Shown here: positions 38,335-54,426 of the stretch, piece after piece
Layout of the letters: each line of letters opens with the position of its first letter
Numbering within the stretch: the stretch's first letter is position 1
Assembly (NCBI RefSeq): GCF_009914755.1
Contig: NC_060944.1
Source of the DNA: the human T2T-CHM13v2.0 reference genome, Homo sapiens
Length of the DNA stretch: 64,000 nt
Direction: 5' to 3' (one strand)
Notes under the pieces: model-generated
What the model saw: only the letters and a program-made list of their open reading frames with translations
The model's database searches: none
What the model was told of the DNA's origin: nothing
Translations under genes and position numbers: made by a program

Positions 38335-39596
38335 TCAGGAGGCTGAGGCAAGAGAATCGCTTGAACCCGGGAGGCGGAGGTTGCAGTGAGCCAAAATTGC
38401 ACTACTGCACTCCAGCCCAGGTAACAGAGTACGATTCTGTCTGAAAGAAAGAAAGCAAGAAGGAAGGAAGGAAAGAAAGGAAGGAAGAAGAGAAGGAAAG
38501 AAAGAGAAAAAGAAAACAAAATCAGAAGAGCCAGACATCAAGAGCCAAGCAAATAGACCATAAAATACTTTTTAAAGTAAAATATATTTTTAAAAATATG
38601 GTTAATGCATCAAGAAAAAGAAATAAAGGTCTTCTTTTTAAAGTTACAAAGGTAACTAATAGAATTTAAGAATAAAATAATGGGAGAAATAGAGTAGATA
38701 AGTAGGGCATGTAAAGAGGTTAAATTGTCATACTCGTGTTGGGGAACTCATGGATGTTGTATATTTGTACATCAACAAATAAAAGAGTTGCCATTGCAGC
38801 CAAAATCTGTGGGGAATTTTGGTGCAGCGTCCAGCCACTCCACTCCCAGTGACAGCTCGGAGTTCTGTCTGGATATCTACCCTTTCCCAACCCTGTTCCA
38901 CATGGTCTGGGTGGAGTTGTCTCAAATTCAGCTTATCTGTTCCTGCCCAATGAGTCAACCACGCCGTTTAAGAGCTTTAGCCTCTGGCCCAGGACTCTGT
39001 ACCTGCAAAACCTTTCTTACTTTTGCAGGAGCCGTCCCTGTGAAATTGGGTATGTTTAATGTTAAGGGGAGCTCTGGGTACTGTTTTATTTCTGTGTTTA
39101 TGGGCTTGATATTCTCCTTCATTTATCGGAAGAAGGAATGGCGTCTTTCCTAGATGGGCCAGAGAAGGCCCTAGTCCTTGCTATGGGAAAAGACTCCTGG
39201 TGGATGGGATGCGGGAAAGGAACAGGACATTTGTTGTCAGCACCCTGTGGCAGACACTGTCCATATGCCATGCACAACCCCGTGGCATGCACCCCTACAC
39301 AATGACGGCTGCCTACTGCAAACACCTCCAAGTCCTCCTCTGCCGGAAGGTTCTCTCTCTCCCTCTCTCTACCCCTTCCTCCTCCCTGTCCCCACCCCCT
39401 TCCTTAAGAGCAAGCTAGGCTGGCAAATAGGGCAAGCTGAAAGTTCTGTATCAATGACAGATAAGGAGCTGTCGGGTTCGCACTGCAGCTTTCTCGCCCC
39501 TCTGTTGGGAGAACTCTGAAGCATCTTCTACACCGTCTCCCAAGCTCTCCAGGGGGAGTGGGCTCCGGGTGCCCGCAGAGATAACTTGCTTGATAA

Positions 39597-39905
<309 letters not shown>

Positions 39906-40831
39906 GGATAACGCGGCTTTCTTTACTGGCTCTCTTCCTTTTCTTATCTTGCTTCCCTACTCCCTGAAATCATCTCTCAAACTACTTGCAATTAAATACT
40001 ACAGAGTCTGGGAGACCTCTCATTAAGATTCATCCAGTCCCACTCTCTCAGTAAGGGCCGCTGGGTTCTGCTTTCCTTGACACACCCCTCGTTCACTTTC
40101 CCTCTGTGTGCTTCCAGTGGCTCCATCCCAACCCCAGGACAGGGCACATGGATCACACCTAGCCAATCAGCATTGATCTTTTACCAGCCACAGGGAATGG
40201 CTTAGGGGCAGCTTGTGACCGGTTCGAAGCCAATGAGGTGTGAGGAGTCTTTAGCGGGTAGAGAGGCCCGCCCTGCTCCCTGTGCACCTGGAAGAATGAA
40301 GCCTGGATCCGCCGCCATCACCTGCCAGCCTGTCTGAAAATGGAGCCAACAAGGAGGGCTGCTGGATGGAGTGAGAAACCAGGCCCTGTGGTAGTGTTTG
40401 AGCCCCTGAATCAAGCTGTGCTTCAAGCTAGAATTATCCCGAGAGTTTTCAGTGAAACGAGTCAGGAACTTCTCTATTAAACCCATTTTGAGTTGTGACT
40501 AAGATGCCTAATGGATACAAGACAGAGAAAGGGCCTTCTCCTGGGTCTCCCTTATGAGAAACAGAGAGAGAGGTGGTTGCTGCCTTGGCTCTGTGGCCGA
40601 GCAGGTGCAGTTCAGACAGACGTGGTGGGAAGTGATCTCTGCTTGCATAGGAGGGGAAACCCACCTGGGCTGCTCCCGTCCCTGGGGGGTGCCAGGCACT
40701 CCCAGCCCAGGGGATCAGGCCCAGGGGAAGGAGGGACTGGAGGTATGTTCAGCTGGGGCTCCCTGCAGGAACGCTGAAGCCAGAACGGAACAAACTGCGA
40801 ACAGTGCCATACGAACACTGCACTCACTCTA

Positions 40832-41230
<399 letters not shown>

Positions 41231-41599
41231 CTACTCCACAGATCCACCAGTTGGCCCATGACAGTATTGGGACACAATCCTCTCCCTGCCCAACGAGGAT
41301 TGCCCCAAATTAAAATGCCAATGCCTCCGCCCAAAGTGGCATTATTGGCTGTTAGTAGACTTTAATACTTACACAAGGGTTATTATAGAATTTCACAGAG
41401 CAGATTTTGCAGGGTGCAAGAAGTAAGGAACCCGGAGGGAGGGCTCAGCTACAGAGGATAAAGGATTCAGCACTGGTCACTCCCGTATGCTCAGAGTAGA
41501 CGTTAAGACTGATAAGAGGCATGAGGGAGACTCAGAGGACATTCTTCTGCTCAAAGATAAGAAAACTGTTTTACCTGGCATTTACTTGTACTCTAAGCA

Positions 41600-41785
41600 T
41601 ATACCTGATTCTCTGAGTCCCACCTTAGGCCAAATCCGGCTAACCCATTCATTTACAGTTTGTCTTCTGGCTACTTTTGCACTACAATGGCAGAGCTAAG
41701 TAGTTGCCTCGGAGACTGTGCGGCCTGCAATCTCTAAAATATTTGCTCTCTGTCCCATTACAGAAAACGTTTGTTGACTCCTCTA
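41600..41785. mobile_element. MER58A-like hAT element
   Basis: ggccaaatccggc...ctacaatggcagagctaagtagttg...aaaatatttgctctctgtcccattacagaaaacgtttgttgac. Confidence 0.7.
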
Positions 41786-41903
41786 AATCAGTGGTCCTCA
41801 AACTTGAGTGTGTTAGAATTCCCCCAAGGGTTTGTTTACACGGAAATTGCTGAGCTCCATCGCAGGGTCTCTGATTCATTAGGTCTCAGGTGGGAACTAA
41901 GAA

Positions 41904-42654
<751 letters not shown>

Positions 42655-42682
42655 AATGGCCATTTCTTTTTTGTTGGGAGTT

Positions 42683-42742
42683 GGGGAGTTCCGGTGAAGA
42701 CAGGAAAACCTGTTAGACAAATTCTAAAAGAGCTGTAACCTT
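42683..42742 (-). pseudogene. U7 snRNA retropseudogene
   Basis: Minus strand GTTACAGCTCTTTTAGAATTTGTCTAACAGGTTTTCCTGTCTTCACCGGAACTCCCC matches the U7 histone-pairing region, the near-intact U7 Sm site and a degenerate 3' stem-loop. Followed by a short A-rich tail. Confidence 0.92.
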
Positions 42743-43003
42743 AATTTCCCTTTCTAACGAGCTCCCAGGTGCTGTTGCTGCTGCTGTCCTTGCCGTCTCC
42801 ACATTGATGCACCTGAGAAAGGGCAAAAGCAAAATAGCCGGAAGTGGCTCAGGTCATTCACTCCTGCCTACTTCTCATTAGCCCAATATTAGAGGCTGGG
42901 AAATATAGCCACTGGTTAGGCAGCCATGTATCCAGGAAGATGGAAAATAGATTTGAGAGGACAACTGGGAGGACTAGAGTGCTGCATTATTTTCTAGGGA
43001 CTT

Positions 43004-43007
<4 letters not shown>

Positions 43008-43065
<58 letters not shown>
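43008..43065 (+). repeat. (CA)29 microsatellite
   Basis: 58 bp pure CA run. Confidence 0.97.
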
Positions 43066-43067
<2 letters not shown>

Positions 43068-43727
43068 GACTTAGTTCTCTCTCCTACTACATGTTCAGCT
43101 TACGTAAGCTAGAGGCTAGAGGCTTGTTCCAGGTTGCTTTTGTCCTCACTTTACAACCCAGGTTGAAGGAGCAAGTGCTACATTTTTCAAATGTTGCTTT
43201 AAAAAATTTTGTATTGGCTGGGCGGGGTGGCTCACACCTGTTATCCCAGCACTTTGGGAGGCCGAGGCAGGCAGATCACATGAGGTCAGGGGTTCGAGAC
43301 CAGCCTGGCCAACATGATAAAACCCTGTCTCTACTAAAAATACAAAAATTAGCTAGATGTGGTGGTGCACGCCTGTAATCCCAGCTACTTGGGAGGCTGA
43401 GGCAGGAGATCACTTGAATCCAGGAGGCAGAAGTTGCAGTGAGCCGAGATCACACCACTGCGCTACATGCCACTGCACTACAGCCTCGGCAACAAAGTGA
43501 GAGTCTATCTAAAGGAAAAAACAAAAAACAAAAACAAAAAAAACCTTTGTATTGAAATACAACATGTATACAGAAAAGTGCAGAAATCAAAAGTGTATAG
43601 CTCAGTGGCTTTCACAAAGTGAACACACCCATGTAACCAATGCACAGACAAGAAACAGAACATGACCAGTGCGCCAAAAGTCCCCTCACCCCCATCTAGT
43701 CACCATCTCACTTTCAAGGGTTGCTAC

Positions 43728-44279
43728 TGTCAGAGGTGTGTAAACCAGAAAACTCCATCTTAAATAGGAGCTGGGTAAAATGAGGCTGAAACCTCCTGGG
43801 CTGCATTCCCAGACGGTTAAGGCATCCTAAGTCACAGGATGAGATAGGAGGTCAGCACAAAATACAGGTCATAAAGACCTTGCTGATAAAAAAGATTGCA
43901 GTAAAGGAGCCAGCCATAACCCACCAAAACCAAAATGGTGACAAGAGTGACCTCTGGCCATCCTCATTGCTACACTCCCACCAGCACCATGACAGTTTAC
44001 AAATGCCATGGCAATGTCAGGAAGTTACCCTATATGATCTAAAAAGGGGAGGCATGAATAATCCACCCCTTGTTTACCAGATCATGAAGAACTAACCACA
44101 AAAATGGGCAACCAGCAGCCCTCAGGGCTGCCCTGTCTATGGAATAACCATTCTTTTATTCCTTTACTTTCTTAATAAACTTGCTTTCACTTTGCATTGC
44201 AGACTCTCCCTGAATTCTTTCTTGCATGAGATCTGAGAATCCTCTCCTGGGTCTGGATCACGACCTCTTTCCTATAGTA
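43728..44279 (+). mobile_element. MER41A solo LTR (ERV1)
   Basis: TGTCAGAGG...CTCCATCTT...GGGTAAAATGAGGCTG...GCATTCCCAGACGGTTAAGGC, about 552 bp. Lacks the GAS-containing segment of MER41B. 4-bp TSD ctac at 43724-43727 and 44280-44283. Confidence 0.85.
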
Positions 44280-45466
44280 CTACTGTTGGCCAGGTGCAGT
44301 GGCTCACACCTGTAATCTCAGCACTTTGGGAGACCAAGGCTGGAGGATCACTTGAGGCCAGGGGTTTGAGGTTACAGAGCTATGCTCTTGCCACTGCACT
44401 CCAGTCTGAGTGACACAGTGAGACCCTGTCTCAAAATATTAAAAAAATAATTTAAAAATTTAAAAAAAGGGTAACCATCATCATGCCACAGATGAGTTTT
44501 CCTGTTTTGAACTTTATATACTAAGCGTCGGTATACAAAGATGTGATGCACCCAGAACTTTCACCCACCGTATATTGTGCTGTACGGACTCTCCTGTAAC
44601 TGATTCTTTCACTCAACAGTTTGTTTGTGAGTTTTATCTGTGTTGTTGCATGCAGCAAACATGCAACAAATTTCTATTGTGGTTTTTTTTTGCATTGCTG
44701 TGTAATATTCCATAAATAGATGATTTGTTTATCCACTCTACAGATGATGGACAGTATTTATTTCTAGTATTTGACTAGTACTAATAGTGTTTCTATGAAC
44801 CTTTTAATAGATGTCTTTTGGTGAACATGTATTTGCATTTCTTTTGCAGATACGTGTTCCCAAGCCTTGTGGTGGCACTACTGGGTCATAGTGCTAGGGG
44901 AGGTATATGCTCAGCCTTAGTAGTTATTGCCAAACTGTTCTCTAAAATGTACCAATTCACAGGCTTATTAGCAATGTCTGAGAGTTCCAGTTGCTGCACA
45001 TCCCTGCCAGCACTTAGAACTTCACGCACCAAATCTGATCCAGCTGGACTTTGCCGGAAAGCACATAGACAACTTTCATTTTGCAAAGCCACAGGCTGCC
45101 TGGAGAGACACACATGCAATGTGTGACGAGTACGACACCTCACCCAGTGCTCTGTCATTGGACCAGGGAGCTCAAATGAGCAACCCAACAGTACAGATAT
45201 AAAATTTGGAGATTTTATATAAAAATCTGGCTATTTTGCTTCTGAAAAAAAAAAATGAAGGATCCAGCAATAGCGGGCCCAAGTTCCCGCATGACCATAA
45301 ATGGCCAGAGTTGAGTGTTGGTATCTGCCAGTCCATCCACTGTCACCATTTCCCGATCCACTTCACTCATTGACCTTCGCTCCCAGACTGTAGTAGATAA
45401 TTGAGTTTCCTGCGGTGGACTCCAGCCTTCCTTCAGCCCAGATCAAGACCCCCAACATAACCAAGC

Positions 45467-45568
45467 AAATATTTCCAATACATTTCTTATATCCTACCAA
45501 GGGTTGGTAGTGGAGATATTCTCATATCCAACCCTTGGTAGGATATGAGAAATGTGTTGGAAATATTT
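45467..45568. repeat. Near-perfect inverted repeat: 41-bp arms, 20-nt spacer
   Basis: 45467-45507 is the reverse complement of 45528-45568 with 2 mismatches. Confidence 0.95.
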
Positions 45569-46535
45569 TCTCTGCCCCCAAGATATCTCCACTAGTACAA
45601 CCTTTTCTTTGTATTAAGAATTGCTCTTGGCCGGGTGCAGTGGCTCACGCCTGTAATTCCAGCACTTTGGGAGGCTGAGGCAGTCAGATCACGAGGTCAG
45701 GAGATTGAGAACATCCTGACCAACATGGTGAAACCTCATCTCTACTAAAAATACAAAAATTAGCCGGGTGTGGTGGCGCATGCCTGTAGTCCCAGCTACT
45801 CTGGAGGCTGAGGCAGGAGAATCGCTTGAACCCAGGAGGGGGAGGTTGCAGTGAGCCGAGCCACGCCACTGCACTCCAGCCTGGGTGACAAGAGTGAAAC
45901 TTCATCTCAAAAAAAAGAAAGGAAAGGAAAGAAAAGAATTGCTCTCTTCCTGCAGGCATATCTCAAGTAGAATAAAGAGTACTGGAAATGATGAGACAGT
46001 ACATTGTTCTTTTGATGGTGAATATCTCCAATTTCAGATTTTCTTTTTTCCTGTGGAACACACCATCCCAAAACTCAGTGGCTTAAAACAACATTTTATT
46101 GGAACTTGATTTTGTGGGTCAGTAACTAGACCAGAGCACAGTGGGAATAGCTCATCTCTGTTCCATGATGTCTGGGGTCTCAGCTAGAATGGCTCAGATA
46201 GCCGAGGTCTGGCTGGAACAATTCAACTAGGGTATGTCTAGGCCTCACCCTTGGTGTTGCCTGGGTTCCTCAGTTCTCTCTACATGGCTTCTCCACGAGG
46301 TTATTATCTGGGGCTTCCTCACAGCGTGGTAGTCTCAGGGTAGTTCCCTGAGGCTGCCACACCTTTTTCAGGCATAGATCTGAAGCTGGCACATCATCAT
46401 GTACACCGTATTTCATTATCAAAGCAAGTCACAACGTAAGCCCAGATTCAAGGTGAGCAAAGATAGCCTCCACTTCTCAGTGGAGAAAACTACAAGGAAT
46501 TGGTGGCCATCTTTTTTTTTTTTTTTTTTCTTTGA

Positions 46536-46697
<162 letters not shown>

Positions 46698-46996
46698 TAG
46701 TGACAGGGTTTCCCCATGTTGGTAAGTCTGGTCTCGAACTCTAGATCTCAGGTGATGTCCCCACCTCAGCCTCCCAAAGTGCTGGGATTACAAGCATGAG
46801 CCACCACGCCCAGCCTTGGTGGCCATCTTTAATCTACCGCAGCTTCTCCACTTCCTGCCTCTCTTTCCTTTTATCCTCCCTGCCATGCTAGTTTTTTTGT
46901 TTGTTTGAGACGCAGTTTCATTCTTTTTGCCCAGGCTGGAGTACAATGGCCTGATCCCTGCTGATTGCAACCTCCGCCCACTCTGGGATCAAATGA

Positions 46997-47239
<243 letters not shown>

Positions 47240-47472
47240 TAGTAGCACAGAGATAAAACATAGTTCTTGACCTCAAGAAGCTTACAATCTACTGGACAAA
47301 ATAAATTGACAGCTACAATAAAGAGTGGAAAATGCATGTATACATGTGCACACAGGGCCTTTTAAAAGAGGCCAATATATTATCCATATTTGTAAACCCC
47401 ACAACTGATTCAGATCCTAGGTCATGCCCTCTATAAACACAAATTGAACCAAGAATTAGTAAATGTTATTAA

Positions 47473-47955
<483 letters not shown>

Positions 47956-47997
47956 TGAGACCAGCCTGACCAACATGGGAAAACCTTGTCTCTACTA

Positions 47998-48156
<159 letters not shown>

Positions 48157-50307
48157 TCAAAGAAAAAAGAAAGAAAAAGAAAAATTTAATGAAATTAACT
48201 GCCCAGTTATTAACTAGACTAGTGATAAAAATTACTAGTCAGGATTTAAAATTTTCTACTATTTGGCATAAAATATTAATTTATGCATGCTGAGTCATTG
48301 AAGCACCCCAAGAACCTGAACATTCTTAGGGGACACTCTTTGGAAATGGCTGGCGTGAGCATTTCAGAGGTCACTGGGCCTCAGAGCTGGGGGCCTGGGA
48401 AGAGGGAGAAACTAGGAGGGACTTACAGGGGTGGCAGGGGCTGGAAGGGCAAGGGGAGGATCGAGAGTGATTTCATTTATCTCATGCTTCTGCCTGGAAA
48501 CCTGTAACTGAATTGGCACTTGTCATGGTGAGGCTATAGCTGTTTGCGGGAAAAAAACAAACAGTTGTTTGTTTAAGCTATTGCTTATCAGGTTTTCTGT
48601 TAGTTGCAGTCAAATGTTTTTCTAACTAGACAGCCTGTAGGTGGAAAGTGGGGCCTTTGGAGAAGGAGGATGGAGAAATGGATGCCGCAAAAGTGTCCTG
48701 GGCCAGGTTCCCTAGCAACAGAGCTGAAAACGGGGATGCTTGTGCAAAGGCTTTACTGGGAGAGTGCTCACAGGGAAGTGTTGTAAGGGAGTGAGGGAAG
48801 TAGGCTGGGCCCGGAGGAAAAGCCAGACAGGCATGTGGATTCAGGTGAAGTCCTGTCTCAGCCTCATCCCACAGGAGCTCTGAAGTATAAGTTGCAACAT
48901 TGTGAATCTGTCTGCCTCGTGTGTGTGTTTGGGAGATGGGGGGTAGGATGAAAATTGTGTGGCAGCCCCAACTGCTGAGCAGCACTGGATAAAGCTGAAG
49001 GTGTGAGCCTTAGCAACCGCATCTGCAGCAGCTGGGGGCAGTAAAAGGAATCCCAGGGGTCCACGCAGGCACCAACAGCATCTGCTGCAGAGGATGGCTA
49101 ATTCTTTGTATGATTTATGGCAAATCTTAAAAGGTAATTTATATGCACACACACAAAAATAGCTAAAATGTTACCTACACACTGACCAGAATACTTCCTA
49201 AATAGTGAAGAAGGCAGAGAGCAATCGGAACTCTTTTACGTTGCAGGCTCAACCACTTTGGAAGACGATTTGGCTGTACCTGCTAAAGTGAAACATATGA
49301 AGACCCTACGATCAAGCAATTCCACTCCCTTGACTATACCAGTAGAAGTCTGTCCATCAAAGACTTGTAGTAATGTCAGCAATAAAAAGGAATGTACAGA
49401 CAGGCGCTGTGTAGTGACAGGGATAGGTTCTGATAAATAAGTATTTGTGTATATCTAAACATACCTAAACCAGAAAAGGTACAGGAAAAATAAGGTTTTA
49501 TAATCTTATGGAACCACCGTCATATATATGATCTGTTGTTGACAGAGACGAACTTATGGTGGTGCATGCCTGTTGTGTTGGTGAATACCACAGGAATTAT
49601 CTTGGTGAAGGAATCCAGTCTCCAACAGTTACATGCTATATGATTCCATCTATATGGCATTCTCAAGAAGACCAAAGCCATAGTAATGGAAGACAGATCA
49701 GTAGCTGTAAGGGACTGGGGAAAGGGGAGGGGATTGTGATTCTAAGGGGACAGTAGGTGAGAGTTTTTGGGGTGATAGAACCAACTATATCTTGATATTG
49801 TGGTAGTTACATAGATCTATACACATGTTGAAATCCATAGAATTGCACACCAAAAAGTCAAATGAACAAAAATAATTTAAAAAATATGTATAAGAATGTT
49901 CATAGAAGGTGTATTTATAACAGCCTAAACAGGTAGCCTCCCAAAAGTCCATTATGAGCAGAGCAGGCATGCAAATTGTGGTATGTTGGTTCACACTGGG
50001 AAACACTACCCAGCACTGGAAAAGAACAAACTACTGGAACATGCAATAGCGCGGATGAGTCTCAGATGTAATATTAAGTGAAAGAGGACAGACACAAAAG
50101 AGAGCACACTGTATGATTCCATCTGCATAATGTTCAAAATGGGCCAAATTGAGATGATACAGTCAGGACAGGACTGGAAGGGGACATAAAGGAGTCTTCT
50201 GGGGGTGCTAGAAATATATTGTGATCTGGGTGGCAGCTTCATGAAAGTATTCATTTGTTAAACTTCATCATGCTCTACACTTATTTTTTTTTTATTATTA
50301 TTATTAA

Positions 50308-50466
<159 letters not shown>

Positions 50467-50927
50467 TAAATTTTTAGTAGAGATGGGGTTTTGCCTGTTG
50501 GCCAGGCTAATCTCAAACTCCTGGCCTCAAGTGATCCACTCGCCTCGGCCTCCCAAAGTGCTGGGATTACAGGCGTGATCCATTGCACCCAGCCATATAC
50601 ACTTAAGATTTGTACTTAAAAAAAAAAAAAAAGATTTGTACTTTTGCTTTTAAAAATAGTACCTCAGTGTTTAAAAATGTAAATTATTTTCAACTGATTT
50701 ATACCTGTCTGGGTGTTATAGGTGTTATGCGAGGGGCTAAAATTTATTGTTGATTGTTAGTTCTTTGACAGCTGACTCCTTATCTCAACTCAGCAAACAC
50801 AGGGCACTGTGCTGGCTCCAGGGTCACCAGAGAACAAAGAAGCAGTCCCTACCCTTGATAAATATTTGCTTTCAATAACAAAGGGGATGATGATATTTGG
50901 AATCCATCAAATTCAGGATTATGTTTA

Positions 50928-51313
<386 letters not shown>

Positions 51314-51316
51314 CTA

Positions 51317-51627
<311 letters not shown>

Positions 51628-52431
51628 CTACCACTTTGGGATTGGGAGATAATTTAGATTTTACTACAGGCCCCTTATAAAGGAAATACTTGCTTTTGAA
51701 CTGTAAGAAAGCATGGATCAGAATCCATACCAGAATGATCCCAGGAGCAGGGATTTTTCTATATGCCATTTAACTTCTAATAGAGCTTTCTGGAAACATA
51801 GTGTACTTCTTTTGTCTCCATTTTGTCTGATTTATGCTTCTTTTGTCCTATGCTTAACTCATGACAGAGTTGCCAAATTAAAAACCTAAGTCCATTCCTT
51901 GTAAGACAAATACTGAACCTTGACTCATTTATTTGAGGAGGTTATTTACTATTAGGTTTGAATAAAGTTCTGATATGATTTTTACACTTAACCTTTTTCC
52001 AAGCTTCCTCGATACTATCTGCTTTTCCTTAAAATGCAAAACGAATTCCAAACATAAACTGAGACAACTATACTTTTTAAAAATATGATTTAAGAAGCAC
52101 AGTAGTTATAAAATCAATTACTATTGGAAAAGAATGGGTGCTGCATATACTTTCCCAATATTAACTCATTTATTCCACAAAGATCTGCTCACTATCTTTT
52201 ACAATTTAGCTCACTTTTACTGACAACATGGGAAGCACTGTAATAGATGAAGCTTTGTAAAAGATAAGACACAGCTTTTGTCAAATAACAATACAAGAAT
52301 ATATAAACCACATATGACCATGTAAGAATTTGTAAAAATAGCCAGGCCAGGTGGCTTACGTCTGTAATCCCAGCACTTTGGGAGGCTGAGGCAGGTGGAT
52401 CACCTGAGGTCAGGAGTTCCAGACCAGACTA

Positions 52432-52666
<235 letters not shown>

Positions 52667-52959
52667 TTAAAAATTACTACAAGGACACCAAGAATAAGAG
52701 AAGTGATACTCGTGGCCATGAGATGATTAAAAGCATTTGCAGTGGGTATATTGTACAGCCTTTTTGGTAAAAAGGTTTGTATTTGCCTAAATACACTTAA
52801 AGAAACTCTGGAAAGATCCATGAAAAACCAAGACAGAGGTTATCCATGGGGCATGGGAGAAGAACTGTGCAAAGGGACAGGAGAGTTTTTGCTAAGTTCC
52901 ATCGTGTCCTTGGAAACCCTGTGAAATGTCTAATATTTGTTTTAAATGGTACCCAGCAT

Positions 52960-53480
52960 TGTTGTATTCAGGTATGGAAAGACCTGCAGACATGGGAATG
53001 ACTATCATGAAGGAAGAAGTTTGTTATGTTCACAGATACCAGAAACTGGAGGCACAGCGCGCCATGCAGGGCCATGCAGGGCAGCACCAGAGTTGGTCAG
53101 GAGGCAGAGGGAGTGAGTGTGGGCAGAAGTCTTTAGTGTGGATTCCATGGGAGGGAATAGGTGAGGCAGGGTAAGCGGGCTTGAGATTGGCTACTTTGAG
53201 TAATTTCAGTGGGCTCTAGGCTACAGGAACTGTCCCTGCTTTCCCAGTACCTGGCCTTGGAGTGAATAGGGCAGGGGAATATGAGAGTCTGGGCCAGGTA
53301 TGAGAGTCTGATAAAGGAGGTGGTTGGGGTATGGGCTTCAGATCGGTTAGTTTGTATTGGAAAGGTGCACTCGCAGACGAGTCCCTTACTACCTTTAGAA
53401 ATTGGCTAGCCCTAGGAGGGGCAGTATCTCCAAGTGAGCAAGGCCCTCAGGATGTTAAAGTATCAAGAAATACAGAAAAT
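52960..53480 (-). mobile_element. ERVL-type LTR (MER54/MER74-like)
   Basis: gcaccagagttggtcaggaggcagaggg...ggtgaggcagggtaagcgggcttgagattggct...aatttcagtgggctct. Subfamily uncertain. Confidence 0.55.
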
Positions 53481-54021
53481 GAAAACCACAATTGATATAA
53501 TATTGCATGTGAAATGATTAAATATTGACAGGAGCATTTATGTGCTCCTTCGTGGGATGGCTGCCTGATTTACAGCTTCAACTTCTCAGACACCCAAGAT
53601 GGCTCCCTTCAATATGATATGACGGCCTCTGGCCTTGGTCCAGGACAGGCCCAAGGCAAAACTGGGCCTACCCAATGAGATGCTCCCTCCTGAAAATCTG
53701 ATACTTGGAACAGAAGAGACACAGGCAAAAAATTTCTGGAGCTTAGTTCCTTCAAGGGCAATAATAATTATTTTCCCTATCTGAATGTCCGATATGGCAG
53801 CCATTAACCACATGTGGCTACTGAGCACTTGAACTGTGTGTGGCTAGTCTGAATTGAAATGTACTGTAAGTGTAAATTACACACCAGATTCTAAAGACAG
53901 TACAAAAAAGTTGTAAAATATCTCATTAATACATTTTTATATTGATTACATGCTGAAAGGATAATATTTTGGATATATTGGGTCATATAAATATATGGAA
54001 ATTATCTCGCCTTTTTTTTAA

Positions 54022-54426
<405 letters not shown>

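Noticed and set aside
38725-39153. 142-aa plus-strand ORF and overlapping 76-aa minus-strand ORF in semi-unique sequence
   Set aside because: Non-ATG start for the long ORF, no recognisable homology, and I could not place convincing splice sites linking it to the pseudo-exon chain.
40217-40224. GRHL-like GACCGGTT in an LTR-like element
   Set aside because: Single imperfect motif 35 kb from the promoter with no other support.
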